64,000 bases of DNA from Desulfosudaceae bacterium (GCA_963674745.2 CAXXDV010000003.1:1472001-1536000), one strand, 5' to 3'; counted from the first letter of the stretch, positions 47,258 to 57,684 are shown. The notes: generated by a model not told the origin, from the letters alone. Translations and numbers: made by a program.

Positions 47258-49852
47258 TCACTTCGGCCTGGGCTTGACCCGGTCCGTGGGTTTCGCGTTC
47301 AGGGGATCATCGGGCCAGTAATGCTTGGGGTAGCGCCCTTTGAGTTCTTTTTTTACGGCCGGATAACTGTTGCGCCAGAAGCCGGCCAGATCCCGGGTGA
47401 TCTGAGCCGGACGGCCGGCGGGAGAGAGCAGATGCAGTTGCAGCGGCAGACGACCGTGGACGATGGCGGGCGTATCCGCGGCGCCAAACATCTCCTGAAT
47501 CCGCACCGCCAGAACCGGTATTTCCGCGCTGTAATCGATGGGCCGGCGTGCGCCGGCGGGCACCACCACATGGGTGGGGGCCAGGGTGTCGAGCTGCTGC
47601 CGCTGCCGCCAGGACAGCCGGCTGTGCAGCGCGTTCCCCAGGTCCAGGCGCGCCAGCGCCCTGATGCTGGTGATGCCTTCCAGAAAGGGCTCCAGCCACG
47701 TTTCCAGATCAGCGGCCAGCGCCGCATCGGACAGGTCCGGCCAGTCTTCTTCCCCTGATGCGGCCCTTCGCAGCAGCATGACGCGGGCCTGCCAGGTGCG
47801 CAGGGCCCGAGTCCAGGGCAGAACGTCAATACCGGTTTTCCGGATGCCCGTTATCATGGCGGCGGTCAGGGCACGGGGATCGGGGCTGTTCAGAGGCTCA
47901 CTGCGCAGCGTAAGTGCATCCAGGATCAGCCGGCGCTCAGCGGCCACGGCCTGGCGCTGTTCATCCCAGACCACCCTGTCCTGCCATTGCACCCGGTGGC
48001 TGAATTGTTCCATCAGCGTGTCGCGATCATAAGCGGCGGCCATGAAAATGCGGGCCTCGCGGCGCTCGCCGTCCAGTTCGGCGATCACCAGAAAATCATG
48101 GGCGCCGAGAGGTTCGGGCGGCTTGAAAAAGGCGCCCCGGCCGCAGGTCATGAGATAACGGCCGGCACCGTCGGACCGCCGACAGGCAATACGGTCCGGA
48201 TAGGCCCAGGCCAGCAGACGGCCCACCTCGGGCGGCGCTTCCGGCCCGGTGTTTATATTCAGGCGCTGCCGCAGTAAAGCCGCGACTTTTACAATTCTGC
48301 GCATGGCACCATTGTCCACGCTGCAATCGGGAAGGCTGACAGGGGTGTGCGCCTTAAAGGCGTGCAGGGCATCAAGCCTGAGGCGCAGGTCGGCGTCCCG
48401 CAGGCCGCCTGTAAAAAAAAGCGGATCGCGTTCGCTTAAAATTGCCGCCAGTTCGCAGGCCGTGCGACCCATATCCGCCTTTCGGGCAGAAAGGACCATA
48501 TGCGCCAGACGTGGATGCATGGGCAGTTCCGCCATGAGGCGGCCGTGGGCGGTAATTTTACCCCGGTCATCCACGGCCCCCAGTTCGGCCAAGAGGCGCC
48601 GGGCCTGTTCAAAAGCCCCTGGCGGCGGCGGGTCCAGCCAGCCGAGCGCATCGGTCGATGTCACGCCCCACTCCGCCAGCTCCAGTGCCAGACCGGCCAG
48701 ATCCGTGTCCAGGATTTCAGGCCGGTTATGGGCGGCCAGTGTCGTATGAGCGGCTTCGCTCCACAGCCGGTAGCAGATTCCCGGCCCCAGGCGCCCTGCC
48801 CTGCCCCGCCGCTGATCGGCCGAGGCCCGGGACACCGGCAGGGTTACCAGCCGCGTCATGCCGGCACGGGGATCAAAGCGCGGGGCCCGCCGCAGGCCAC
48901 TGTCCACCACCACCCCGATCTGCTCGATGGTCAGGCTGGTTTCGGCAATCGATGTGGTCAGCACTATTTTACCACGCCCGGCCGGCGGCGGAGCGATGGC
49001 AGCATCCTGTCGATCGCGGGGCAAGTTGCCATAAAGGAGGGCCACATCCCAGCGGTCCGGCAAACCGGCCTCGGCCAGCAGGCGGGCCACCCGCCGGATC
49101 TCCGGAGCGCCGGGAAGAAAGACGAGCAGGTTGCCTTCTTCGGCGGCCGTGGATCGTAAAATGATTTCCATAACCGCGCGTTCAATAAAGTCCGGCTGAC
49201 GCGGAGGGACATAGCGGGTTTCCACGGGAAAGGAGCGACCCTGGCATTGAATCAGCGGCGCATTGTCCAACAGCGAGGTAACGGCCGCGGGGTCCAGCGT
49301 GGCCGACATTACCAGCAGTTTCAGGTGCTCGTTGAAATGTTCCTGGACCTCACGGCACAGGGCCAGCCCCAGATCGGCATCCAGGCTGCGCTCATGAAAT
49401 TCGTCAAAGATCACGATCCCCACGCCGGCCAGTCCGGGATCGGACTGCAGCATGCGGGTAAGCACGCCTTCGGTGATGACCTCGATGCGGGTGCGCGGGC
49501 CCACCCGGCTCTCCATGCGGATGCGATAGCCCACGGTCTCCCCCACCGGTTCCTTCAGCAGGGCGGCCATGCGGAAGGCCGCGGCGCGGGCTGCCAGACG
49601 GCGCGGCGCCAGAAGCAGTATCCGTCTGCCCTCCAGCCATGGGGCCGGCAGCAGTGCAAGGGGTATGGCGGTGGTTTTACCGGCCCCCGGCGGCGCAACC
49701 AGCACGGCGGACCGGTTACGGTTCAACACCGCCTCCAGTTCCTCAAGCACAGCGGCTATCCCGCATATTTCATGAAATTTTTCGACATGGATAATCATGT
49801 ATATCAAATACAAACTGTTGCAATAAAATGTAATCGTTTTTTCAAAATACAA
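47258..49852 (-). CDS. hrpB: ATP-dependent helicase HrpB
   Basis: PGAGKTT, DEFHERS, MSAT, TSIAETSLTI, QRRGRAGR, C-terminal LLSPAGRP..T.DL.GFW..SY..VKKELKGRYPKHYWP; true start probably downstream of 49852. Confidence 0.95.
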   Translation of the reverse strand: MYFEKTITFYCNSLYLIYMIIHVEKFHEICGIAAVLEELEAVLNRNRSAVLVAPPGAGKTTAIPLALLPAPWLEGRRILLLAPRRLAARAAAFRMAALLKEPVGETVGYRIRMESRVGPRTRIEVITEGVLTRMLQSDPGLAGVGIVIFDEFHERSLDADLGLALCREVQEHFNEHLKLLVMSATLDPAAVTSLLDNAPLIQCQGRSFPVETRYVPPRQPDFIERAVMEIILRSTAAEEGNLLVFLPGAPEIRRVARLLAEAGLPDRWDVALLYGNLPRDRQDAAIAPPPAGRGKIVLTTSIAETSLTIEQIGVVVDSGLRRAPRFDPRAGMTRLVTLPVSRASADQRRGRAGRLGPGICYRLWSEAAHTTLAAHNRPEILDTDLAGLALELAEWGVTSTDALGWLDPPPPGAFEQARRLLAELGAVDDRGKITAHGRLMAELPMHPRLAHMVLSARKADMGRTACELAAILSERDPLFFTGGLRDADLRLRLDALHAFKAHTPVSLPDCSVDNGAMRRIVKVAALLRQRLNINTGPEAPPEVGRLLAWAYPDRIACRRSDGAGRYLMTCGRGAFFKPPEPLGAHDFLVIAELDGERREARIFMAAAYDRDTLMEQFSHRVQWQDRVVWDEQRQAVAAERRLILDALTLRSEPLNSPDPRALTAAMITGIRKTGIDVLPWTRALRTWQARVMLLRRAASGEEDWPDLSDAALAADLETWLEPFLEGITSIRALARLDLGNALHSRLSWRQRQQLDTLAPTHVVVPAGARRPIDYSAEIPVLAVRIQEMFGAADTPAIVHGRLPLQLHLLSPAGRPAQITRDLAGFWRNSYPAVKKELKGRYPKHYWPDDPLNAKPTDRVKPRPK

Positions 49853-49872
49853 ACTTTCATGAGCGAATAGAA

Positions 49873-50029
49873 GGATTTCACGCCAATTTTATGTCGAAAA
49901 TTTCACCCTTCGGGCGAGTCGCCTTGACCGCACCCGCTATGTTGCAGGCCGCTTGCAGTAGATTTACTACAGCTTCGCGTCCTGCGCCTTGCGGTTGCGG
50001 CCAAATCAACTCGTGAAATATCCGGGCTA
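49873..50029. mobile_element. MITE-like long palindromic element
   Basis: Imperfect terminal IRs GGATTTCACG / CGTGAAATATCC; long internal hairpin 49915-50011; partial copies at 20078-20123 and 27207-27224. Confidence 0.6.
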
Positions 50030-50047
50030 TGGGAAGGCGAGGGATAG

Positions 50048-50353
50048 TCAGGGGAGAGTGATCTTTCGTTTTTCAGGATCCTGGTGCTGCCTGAAGAGAA
50101 TCGCCGTATGGCCGATGGTTCCGGCTACCTCACATTGAGTCTCGACTTCAATGCGTTCGATGAGCTCTTTTTTTTGATCTTTTTCTTTAAAAGCAAGAAA
50201 CTGTAATTTTATAAGTTCATGGGTATCAAGGGCTTCATTGATTGTTCGAATAACGGCATCTGTTATTCCTTTTTGACCAATTGACACCACAGGCTTAAGG
50301 CTGTGAGCAAGCCCTCTTAAATATTTTCGTTGAGATCCCTTTAACTGCGTCAT
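50048..50353 (-). CDS. yhbY: CRM-domain RNA-binding protein YhbY
   Basis: QRKYLRGLAHSLKPVVSIGQKG, HELIK, TIGHTAILFR. Confidence 0.93.
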   Translation of the reverse strand: MTQLKGSQRKYLRGLAHSLKPVVSIGQKGITDAVIRTINEALDTHELIKLQFLAFKEKDQKKELIERIEVETQCEVAGTIGHTAILFRQHQDPEKRKITLP

Positions 50354-50576
50354 CGTTTTTTATTTCCTTTTTTAGTAAAGGGGGTCATATCTCTTCAGAC
50401 ACGCCCCGTATCATCAATTCATACCATACTTTTTGGGATTTACAAATGTCCCGGAATTACTTTACGGAGCCAACATAACAAGCATGAACGGTCTTGTAAA
50501 TCATATGCTTTTTCACTTATATTCTAAAGACAAGGGGATATGTTGTGAATCGAATCAAATGTAACGGGAGGGGATA

Positions 50577-51905
50577 ATGACTCAAACTTACGATTTCATC
50601 GTTATCGGTTCCGGGCCGGGCGGCGCCACCCTGGCCCGGGAACTGGCCCGGGCGGGGAAGCGGATTCTGCTGCTGGAAAAAGGCCGGTATCATCGCTTTG
50701 TCGGCACCTACCCGGGTGCCCTGGCCATGCTGGATCGAGGGGGGTTCTTCAAAAGCCGGGAGGGACTTACCATGCTCAAAGCCACCACGGTGGGCGGTGC
50801 CACTATGCTTTATTCCGGTTCAGCCGCCATGCCGCCTCACTGGCTAAAATCGAAATACGGAATCGATCTTGAAAAATATGCTGAACGTGTCTGTGCCGAA
50901 TTGAATGTGGATATCCTGCCTCCGGAATACCTGGGGGAAGCCTCCCGGCTCGTGATGGCGGCCGGAAACCGGTTGGGCCAGGAATGGGAGCCCATGCCCA
51001 AATTCATCGACCAGAAAAAGATTAAAAACGGTCGTATCAGCGGCGCCAACACTTCCCTGGGCCAGAATTTCGGCGAACGCTGGACGGCCCGGGATTACGT
51101 CAATGACGCGGTAAAGGCCGGCGCCGAACTGATAACACAGGCGGATTGCCGGGAAATCATCGTACACCGGCAAACAGCTACCGGCGTTATGGTGAGTATT
51201 AAAAACGGCTCCCCGCAAGCCTTCTATGCCGATCGTATCATCCTGGCCGCCGGCGGCATCCCCTCTCCTGTATTATTGAAACGGGCCGGCATTCAAGCTG
51301 CCGGACAGGGCTGCGTGGTGGACCCAACGGTACTGGTTTACGGCATATGCCCTTCAGGAGGCACATGGCGGGACCCGCTGGTCAGCGTCGTCTCCTGGAA
51401 ATGGTACGACAGTGACGGCATCCGCCTGGGCACCTTGATCGATCCCTGGCTGATGACCATGATCGGACTTGCCAAAAGCCACTGGCGACATGTTTTTAAA
51501 ATTATTAAATACAGAAAAATGATCGGCATCCTGGTCAAGGTCAAGGATGAAATCGGCGGCTGGGTCAATGAAAAAGGCGAGGTATCCAAATCCTTGACAT
51601 CGGCGGACATGCATAAGCTGGAAAAAGGTATCGGCCTGGCCCGTGAGGTGTTGATCGAAACCGGTTGCCCGGAGCGCACTATTGTCGCAGGGGAAATCCG
51701 GGGGGCACATCCCAGCGGTACCTGCCGTATCGGAGACGTGTTGGACGAAAATCTTGAAACCCGGAAAATCAAAAACCTGTTTGTCTGTGACGCCAGCGTT
51801 TTTCCCGAGGCCCTGGATCGCCCCACGGTGGTTACCATCATTGCTTTCGGGTATCGCCTGGCCGAATACTTGCTGAAGAACGAAAAACTGAAAACGGGGT
51901 TTTAA
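50577..51905 (+). CDS. GMC-family FAD oxidoreductase
   Basis: YDFIVIGSGPGG, VGGAT, AAGGIPSP, HPSGTCRIG, DASVFP. Confidence 0.9.
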   Translation: MTQTYDFIVIGSGPGGATLARELARAGKRILLLEKGRYHRFVGTYPGALAMLDRGGFFKSREGLTMLKATTVGGATMLYSGSAAMPPHWLKSKYGIDLEKYAERVCAELNVDILPPEYLGEASRLVMAAGNRLGQEWEPMPKFIDQKKIKNGRISGANTSLGQNFGERWTARDYVNDAVKAGAELITQADCREIIVHRQTATGVMVSIKNGSPQAFYADRIILAAGGIPSPVLLKRAGIQAAGQGCVVDPTVLVYGICPSGGTWRDPLVSVVSWKWYDSDGIRLGTLIDPWLMTMIGLAKSHWRHVFKIIKYRKMIGILVKVKDEIGGWVNEKGEVSKSLTSADMHKLEKGIGLAREVLIETGCPERTIVAGEIRGAHPSGTCRIGDVLDENLETRKIKNLFVCDASVFPEALDRPTVVTIIAFGYRLAEYLLKNEKLKTGF

Positions 51906-51945
51906 GCCTTTTTTGTATGTGAACCCCTTCGGCCTTCCCGCCCCC

Positions 51946-54900
51946 TTAACTTTTGATAATGTCTAAAAATATTTTAACTAATGTCGGGTCAAATTGTGTG
52001 CCGGCATTTTCTTCTAATTCTGCAATGATTATCGGTTTACTTAGACTGTTTCTGTAAGGACGGTTTGTTGACATTGCATCATACGAATCAACAATCGATA
52101 ACATCCTGGATTCAACCGGAATAGAAGAACCTGCCAAGCCCTCTGGATATCCCGACCCATCGAAACGTTCATGATGATAATAAACATTTTCCAAATATCC
52201 CTTGAGAAAATCTATCGGTTGAAGAATCTTATATCCGCGGACGGGATGCAGCTTCATCTCTTCAAACTCGTCTTTTGTTAACGGTCCCTCTTTGTTTAGT
52301 ATATTTTCAGGGGTTCCTATTTTGCCTATATCGTGAAGGAATGAGATAATCTTGATTTTGTCTACTTCTTCTTTTGGATAATCAAGCCTTTTGGCAAAAA
52401 TTTCCATTAATTGTGCAACACGTTCCGAATGGCCATATGTGTAATGATCTTTCGCATCGATAGTCGATATTAAAACGTTTGTTGTTGCCTCGTAGTTTTT
52501 TGTGATGGAGTTCTGGTACTCTTTTATTGTTTCATGGTTTTTGATTAACGATTTTATTCTGGCAATCAATTCTTTTAAGTTGAACGGCTTGGTCAGATAG
52601 TCATCCGCTCCACTCTCAAGCCCGTCGATCCTTGCCTCGACCTCTGTCTTTGCGGTCAACATAATTATCGGTGTCTGCTTGAGGTGCTTATCTTCCCTGA
52701 TGGCACGCGTCATCTGGTAACCGTCCATGATCGGCATCATCACGTCTGTGATGATGATGTCGGGATGCAGCTCTTTTGCCTTCTCCAGACCGTCCTGCCC
52801 GTCCACGGCAACGTCGACAGTGTAGCCTTTGACTTCAAGGAGCCGTATAATCAAGCTACGCATGTGAGCGCTGTCTTCTACTAAAAGGATGTTCGTTTTA
52901 TCACTGACGTCGGATCTAACCGAAGAGCTGATTGTTGTCTGAGGATCTTCAGTAACAAGCGCATGCGCTTTAAAATCTATCATTTCCCTCATACCGAAAA
53001 ATCTTCTTTGATCAGACACCATCTCCTCTTGTTCATTCGCCTTAACAAACTCAACCCCTGCCCTGCCTTCAAGGTGCGCCTTGCCCTTGGGAATCGTGAC
53101 GGTAAATGTCGTTCCATGGTCGTCCGGATACTCATCGATCTGACTGCTTACTACCGATATAGTCCCCCCGTGCATCTCTGTGAGTTCCTTCGCAAGCGAG
53201 AGCCCTATTCCTGTCCCCACGTTCATTCGTGTTAAATTTGAGTCTGCCTGTTCATAACGATAAAAAATGAAATCCAGCATATCGGAAGGGATTCCGATAC
53301 CGGTATCTTTAAAATCGACATAGCAGTACCTGTTATCTTCCCGTATCCGTACCTCTATTTTCCCCCCTTTATCAGTGAACTTCAGCGCATTAGAGAGCAG
53401 GTTCATGGCTATTCTATCTGCTTTTGCTGAATCAAGAAACAATGGAAGCGACTCTGTACTCGAGACAAATGAGACTTCAACACCTTTGGACTCCGCAGCG
53501 GGTTTAATCGTTTCGGTATAGTTTTTCAGTAATTTGGCGAAATCGACCTCTCTGACCACCGTGGTCATTTTTCCTTCTTTAATTTTCGAGAAATCCAGAA
53601 TATTGTTGACCAGCCGAAGCAGTCGAATCGCGTTCCTTTGAATGTTTTCCGCAAATGCTTTGTCCACTTCTTTGCTGTATTCTCCCTGCAACACTGATTC
53701 GACCGGCGATAAAATCAATGTTAAAGGTGTTCTTATCTCATGGGTGATGTTGGCAAAAAAGTCGGTTTTAAGCCTGTCCATTTCTTTGAGTTTATCATTT
53801 GCTTCGATCAGCTTCTGTGTCCGGTTCTGCACCTCATCCTCAAGGCCTGTATTCAGAGCCTTCAGTTCGTTATTAGCCGTATTGATTTTATCGGCCAGGC
53901 AGAGGGAAATAAGGATAATTTGCATTGCTGCACCGATCTGTATGCCATGGGTGGTCCAGAACGTTTCCGGAAGTAAAGCAAACGTTTTCAATAAGAACAG
54001 AGCGCTGCCCACAATGAAGAACAGAAAAGATAACGAGACAAAAAACAACTGTTTTGATCTGACCTTTTTCATCACAATGACTGCGAGTGACACGGGACCG
54101 CCGACAACAAGTGCTATTGCCACAATCAGGTCTGTAGCAATCAATGCTATTTCGTCGCTATTAAAAATCAGTGTGACCGCGGATGCGATTAAGGCGATTA
54201 TCACCAGTGCCTTTAAAAGATTATCTACTGGTTTTGATATTTCCCAGAACTTTGTTAAATGCCGGCCAAACTGAACAAGGGAAAAAACAGCCAGGCCCAG
54301 AAATACCGGGATACAAATGTTTGACCACCATACTGATCTCGGCCACAAGAACTGGACTGCCACTCCGGTCAGAGACATATGGAGCAGGGTAAACACCGCG
54401 ATCCAGACGATATAATAGAAATAACTGATGTCCCTTAAAGACAGGAATAAAAGAAGATTATAGACAAACATTATTATAAAAAAACCGTAGAACATCCACA
54501 TAACAGGCGTTTCGGTATAAACATGTTCCTCAAAGGCTTTATTTGACCAGCAAACGAGGTTGATGTTGATAGCACTGGTTGATTCAAAGCGGAGAAAATA
54601 TGTGTCCGTGTCCCCGGGTCCCAGTGTGAGAGGAAATACAAAATTTTTATATCGATAGGGCCTTTTTGAAAAAGGGAGCTTATCTCCCGTTTTAATCTCT
54701 TTATATTGACCATCCATGCCCGGTACAAATAAACTGATATGGTCAATAAGCGGGTATTTCTGCTCGAGCATCCATTCAATCTTTTTGCCGGTAGGATTAC
54801 TTACTTGAAAGCGTACCCAATATGTATCTTTGGTAAAACCGAACCCCAGGCTTTCCTGGTTCGATTTCTGCCATTTCAGCATATCATCCGTTTTGTCGGC

Positions 54901-55164
54901 CAGAATCTTGCCGATTGACAGACTTTTTTTACTATCTATGAGATACTCAGCACTTAAGGCCGGTTTTATCATGGAGAAATTATCATCAAATATAATAGAA
55001 TCAAGAGCCAGAGCTGGCAATGTGAATGTAACTATAAGTAATGTAAAAAAAAAGATCTTATTGAATTTCATGGGATAAATGGAAAATTTCATAAATTTAA
55101 ATATAGCATGACCAGCTTTGTGCGGCAATAATTTATTGTCTGCAGTTGCAAACAAACAAAACAA
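51946..55164 (-). CDS. 7TM-DISM sensor hybrid histidine kinase with receiver and HD-GYP phosphodiesterase domains
   Basis: DISM extracellular (GFTKDTYWVRF), 7TM, ANITHEIRTPL, GTGIGL, receiver (TDVMMP), HSERVA/HDIGK/HHERFDGSGYP; start likely ~55071-55092. Confidence 0.9.
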   Translation of the reverse strand: MFCLFATADNKLLPHKAGHAIFKFMKFSIYPMKFNKIFFFTLLIVTFTLPALALDSIIFDDNFSMIKPALSAEYLIDSKKSLSIGKILADKTDDMLKWQKSNQESLGFGFTKDTYWVRFQVSNPTGKKIEWMLEQKYPLIDHISLFVPGMDGQYKEIKTGDKLPFSKRPYRYKNFVFPLTLGPGDTDTYFLRFESTSAININLVCWSNKAFEEHVYTETPVMWMFYGFFIIMFVYNLLLFLSLRDISYFYYIVWIAVFTLLHMSLTGVAVQFLWPRSVWWSNICIPVFLGLAVFSLVQFGRHLTKFWEISKPVDNLLKALVIIALIASAVTLIFNSDEIALIATDLIVAIALVVGGPVSLAVIVMKKVRSKQLFFVSLSFLFFIVGSALFLLKTFALLPETFWTTHGIQIGAAMQIILISLCLADKINTANNELKALNTGLEDEVQNRTQKLIEANDKLKEMDRLKTDFFANITHEIRTPLTLILSPVESVLQGEYSKEVDKAFAENIQRNAIRLLRLVNNILDFSKIKEGKMTTVVREVDFAKLLKNYTETIKPAAESKGVEVSFVSSTESLPLFLDSAKADRIAMNLLSNALKFTDKGGKIEVRIREDNRYCYVDFKDTGIGIPSDMLDFIFYRYEQADSNLTRMNVGTGIGLSLAKELTEMHGGTISVVSSQIDEYPDDHGTTFTVTIPKGKAHLEGRAGVEFVKANEQEEMVSDQRRFFGMREMIDFKAHALVTEDPQTTISSSVRSDVSDKTNILLVEDSAHMRSLIIRLLEVKGYTVDVAVDGQDGLEKAKELHPDIIITDVMMPIMDGYQMTRAIREDKHLKQTPIIMLTAKTEVEARIDGLESGADDYLTKPFNLKELIARIKSLIKNHETIKEYQNSITKNYEATTNVLISTIDAKDHYTYGHSERVAQLMEIFAKRLDYPKEEVDKIKIISFLHDIGKIGTPENILNKEGPLTKDEFEEMKLHPVRGYKILQPIDFLKGYLENVYYHHERFDGSGYPEGLAGSSIPVESRMLSIVDSYDAMSTNRPYRNSLSKPIIIAELEENAGTQFDPTLVKIFLDIIKS

Positions 55165-55372
55165 TCAAATCATCCGTATTTGCCGTTCCCACCGGAGACC
55201 CGCCATTTGAGTCTGCCCTATTACTTTATATGACAGAAAACCGTATAATGTCCCGGGAATTACGTATGATACGGCCTCTCCGCTACCGGCTTTACTGGGC
55301 CTTTTACAACAAAAAGAACGGAAATCAGTATTTTATCCCCGGAATCACCTGAAACATCTCATGGCGGACACA

Positions 55373-55389
55373 TTGACTTAATCGGTCAA
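55373..55389. promoter_or_regulatory. Palindromic operator (TetR-like) upstream of ABC operon
   Basis: TTGAC-TTAATCG-GTCAA overlapping a -35-like TTGACT. Confidence 0.5.
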
Positions 55390-55432
55390 ATAAGCTAATC
55401 ATTTATTTTACACATTTTTCGGGGGGGGAGAC

Positions 55433-55693
55433 ATGCGCAATAAAACACTCATTGCCAAGGGACTGGATCCGAACATTCACATTCCCAAGCCGAATGGCTA
55501 TACCCTTCCTTTCGCAGTATCTTGCGACTTTGCCTGCCGACAGCGAAAAGGCCGTCAGAATCCGCGAACTTTTAGAACAGGCAAAGAAGAAAAAATGAGC
55601 TGCGGCAATCTGGATATCAAAAATCAGCTCCATCTTTATCTCGACAACCTCAATAAAGTGCTGGGTGCCAACCCGGATGGGAGGCGTGCATGA
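55433..55693 (+). pseudogene. Short ORF, possibly remnant of a regulator gene
   Basis: Good RBS and ATG; stop overlaps next start (ATGA); no recognisable intact domain. Confidence 0.35.
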
Positions 55694-56442
55694 AACGAAT
55701 GATATTGATCACCCTGTGCATGATGCTGGTCCCGGGACTGACAATTGCGGCCGAACCGTCAGCGGAAAGTGTTATCGGTGACGCCCTGGATCAGATGCGC
55801 GGCCTGACCAGTGAATCCGTAAACACAATGACCATTCACCGTCCCGACTGGGAACGGACGATGACGATCAAAGGTTACACCAGCGGCCGTGAAAACAGTA
55901 TTTTCTGGGTGTTGTCCCCGCCCAAGGACGAAGGCAACGGCACCCTTAAGCAGCAGAATGAGATGTGGACATACAACCCCAAGGTCAATCGGGTGATCAA
56001 GCTGCCGCCATCCATGATGGCACAGTCATGGATGGGATCGGATTTTTCCAACGATGACCTGGCCAAGTCCGACACCATCGTCAACGACTACAACCATCAA
56101 CTGACGTCCACAAAAACGGTCAACGGGAAAAAGGTATATGTCATCGAAAGTCCGGCCAAACAGCAGGCGCCGGTCATCTGGGGCAAGCTGCGTTTTGAAA
56201 TCCGGGAGGACAACGTCCTGCTCAAGGAGGAATTTTTTGACGAGGACGGCGAACTGGTCAAAACCATGGATACGCTGGAAATCAAAACCATGGGCGGCCG
56301 GATTCTGCCCGCGACCTGGAAAATCTACAAGACGGACGTTGATGATGAATATACCCTGCTGGTTGTGGATGAAATCAAATTCAACATAGACCTGCCGGCC
56401 AACCTGTTCACCCGTTCGGCCCTGAAAAATCCGCCGAGGTAA
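55690..56442 (+). CDS. Outer-membrane lipoprotein-sorting protein (LolA-like)
   Basis: Signal peptide; MWTYNPKVNRVIKLPPSMMAQSWMGSDFSNDDL family motif. Confidence 0.9.
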   Translation: MKRMILITLCMMLVPGLTIAAEPSAESVIGDALDQMRGLTSESVNTMTIHRPDWERTMTIKGYTSGRENSIFWVLSPPKDEGNGTLKQQNEMWTYNPKVNRVIKLPPSMMAQSWMGSDFSNDDLAKSDTIVNDYNHQLTSTKTVNGKKVYVIESPAKQQAPVIWGKLRFEIREDNVLLKEEFFDEDGELVKTMDTLEIKTMGGRILPATWKIYKTDVDDEYTLLVVDEIKFNIDLPANLFTRSALKNPPR

Positions 56443-56445
56443 ACC

Positions 56446-57684
56446 ATGGGCATCGACCTTAAAATTGCCTGGCGCAACATCTGGCGTAACCGCCGCCGGT
56501 CGATACTGACCATTCTGGCCATTGCTTTCGCCTGCCTGCTGCTGGTGTTCATGCTCTCCTTTCAGCTCGGCTCCTACGCGGACATGATCCGGTTTTCCCT
56601 GCGGATTCACACCGGCCACCTGCAGATCAAGGCCGACGGTTATCAAAAGGACAAGGACATTCGCAAAGTCGTCTCCGATCCCGGGGCTGTGGCCGAAATC
56701 CTCCAGGCCCAACCCGGGGTGGCCGACTACACCTTCCGGGCCAATGCCTTCTCCCTGCTCTCGTCCCACGACCGTACTTACGGCGTGATGGTCTCGGGCA
56801 TCGATCCCCAACGGGAGGCCCGGGTGACGACCATAAAACACGTCATCCGCCAGGGGGCATACCTTTCCGGGGGCGATAACAACGAGGCCATTATCGGCAA
56901 CCTCCTGGCCGAAAACCTCAAGGTCGGGGCGGGCGATGAAATGGTTCTGCTGGGTCAGGCCCGGGACGGTTCAGTGGCCGCCAGCATGCTGACGGTTACC
57001 GGTATTTTTTCTTCCGGCCAGACGGACATGGACCGCTCCGTGGCCCTGATTACCCTGGACACGTTTGATCGTCTCTATTTCATGCGAGGGGCCGTGCACG
57101 AAGTGGTAGCCGTCTGCCCTGCTTTGGGCGACGTCAAACCGGCGCAGGCGGCTGTTCAAAAAGCGCTGGACGGCCTGAAGACCCGCCGTCATTTGAGGGT
57201 ATGGAACTGGCAGGAACTGATTCCGGGCCTGCTGCAGGGCATTAAAATTGATTTCTTTTCCGGGATCATTTTCTACATGATCATGGTTATCGTGGTCGCT
57301 TTCAGCATTTTAAACACTTTTCTCATGGCTGTCTTCGAGCGCACCCGTGAGTTCGGCGTTTTGCTGGCCCTGGGCGTTACCCACGGCCGGTTGACACGCC
57401 TGTTGTTACTGGAATCGTCTTTTCTCTGCGCCGTGGGTATGGTGGCCGGCATCACCGGCGGCGCTCTAATAACACTCTATTTCCAGCAGAACGGCATACA
57501 TATCTCCGGTGCTTCGGAAATTCTCAAATCATACGGCCTGCCGGAAGTGCTGCGGCCCAGGCTGTCCTGGGTCACCATCATTTCGGGCCCGGCGGTGGTC
57601 TTCGCGGTCACCTTTCTGACGGCCCTGTATCCGGCCCTGAGGGCCCGGAAACTGAAACCGGCGGCAGCCATGCACGCCGCCTGA
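56446..57684 (+). CDS. ABC transporter permease (FtsX/LolE-like)
   Basis: AWRNIWRNRRRS, ERTREFGVLLALG, LYPA. Confidence 0.92.
   Translation: MGIDLKIAWRNIWRNRRRSILTILAIAFACLLLVFMLSFQLGSYADMIRFSLRIHTGHLQIKADGYQKDKDIRKVVSDPGAVAEILQAQPGVADYTFRANAFSLLSSHDRTYGVMVSGIDPQREARVTTIKHVIRQGAYLSGGDNNEAIIGNLLAENLKVGAGDEMVLLGQARDGSVAASMLTVTGIFSSGQTDMDRSVALITLDTFDRLYFMRGAVHEVVAVCPALGDVKPAQAAVQKALDGLKTRRHLRVWNWQELIPGLLQGIKIDFFSGIIFYMIMVIVVAFSILNTFLMAVFERTREFGVLLALGVTHGRLTRLLLLESSFLCAVGMVAGITGGALITLYFQQNGIHISGASEILKSYGLPEVLRPRLSWVTIISGPAVVFAVTFLTALYPALRARKLKPAAAMHAA

Noticed and set aside
40206..49852. Complete Druantia system using the nearby helicase
   Set aside because: The helicase has the HrpB C-terminal signature, host-like GC and lies outside the island; it is not DruE.
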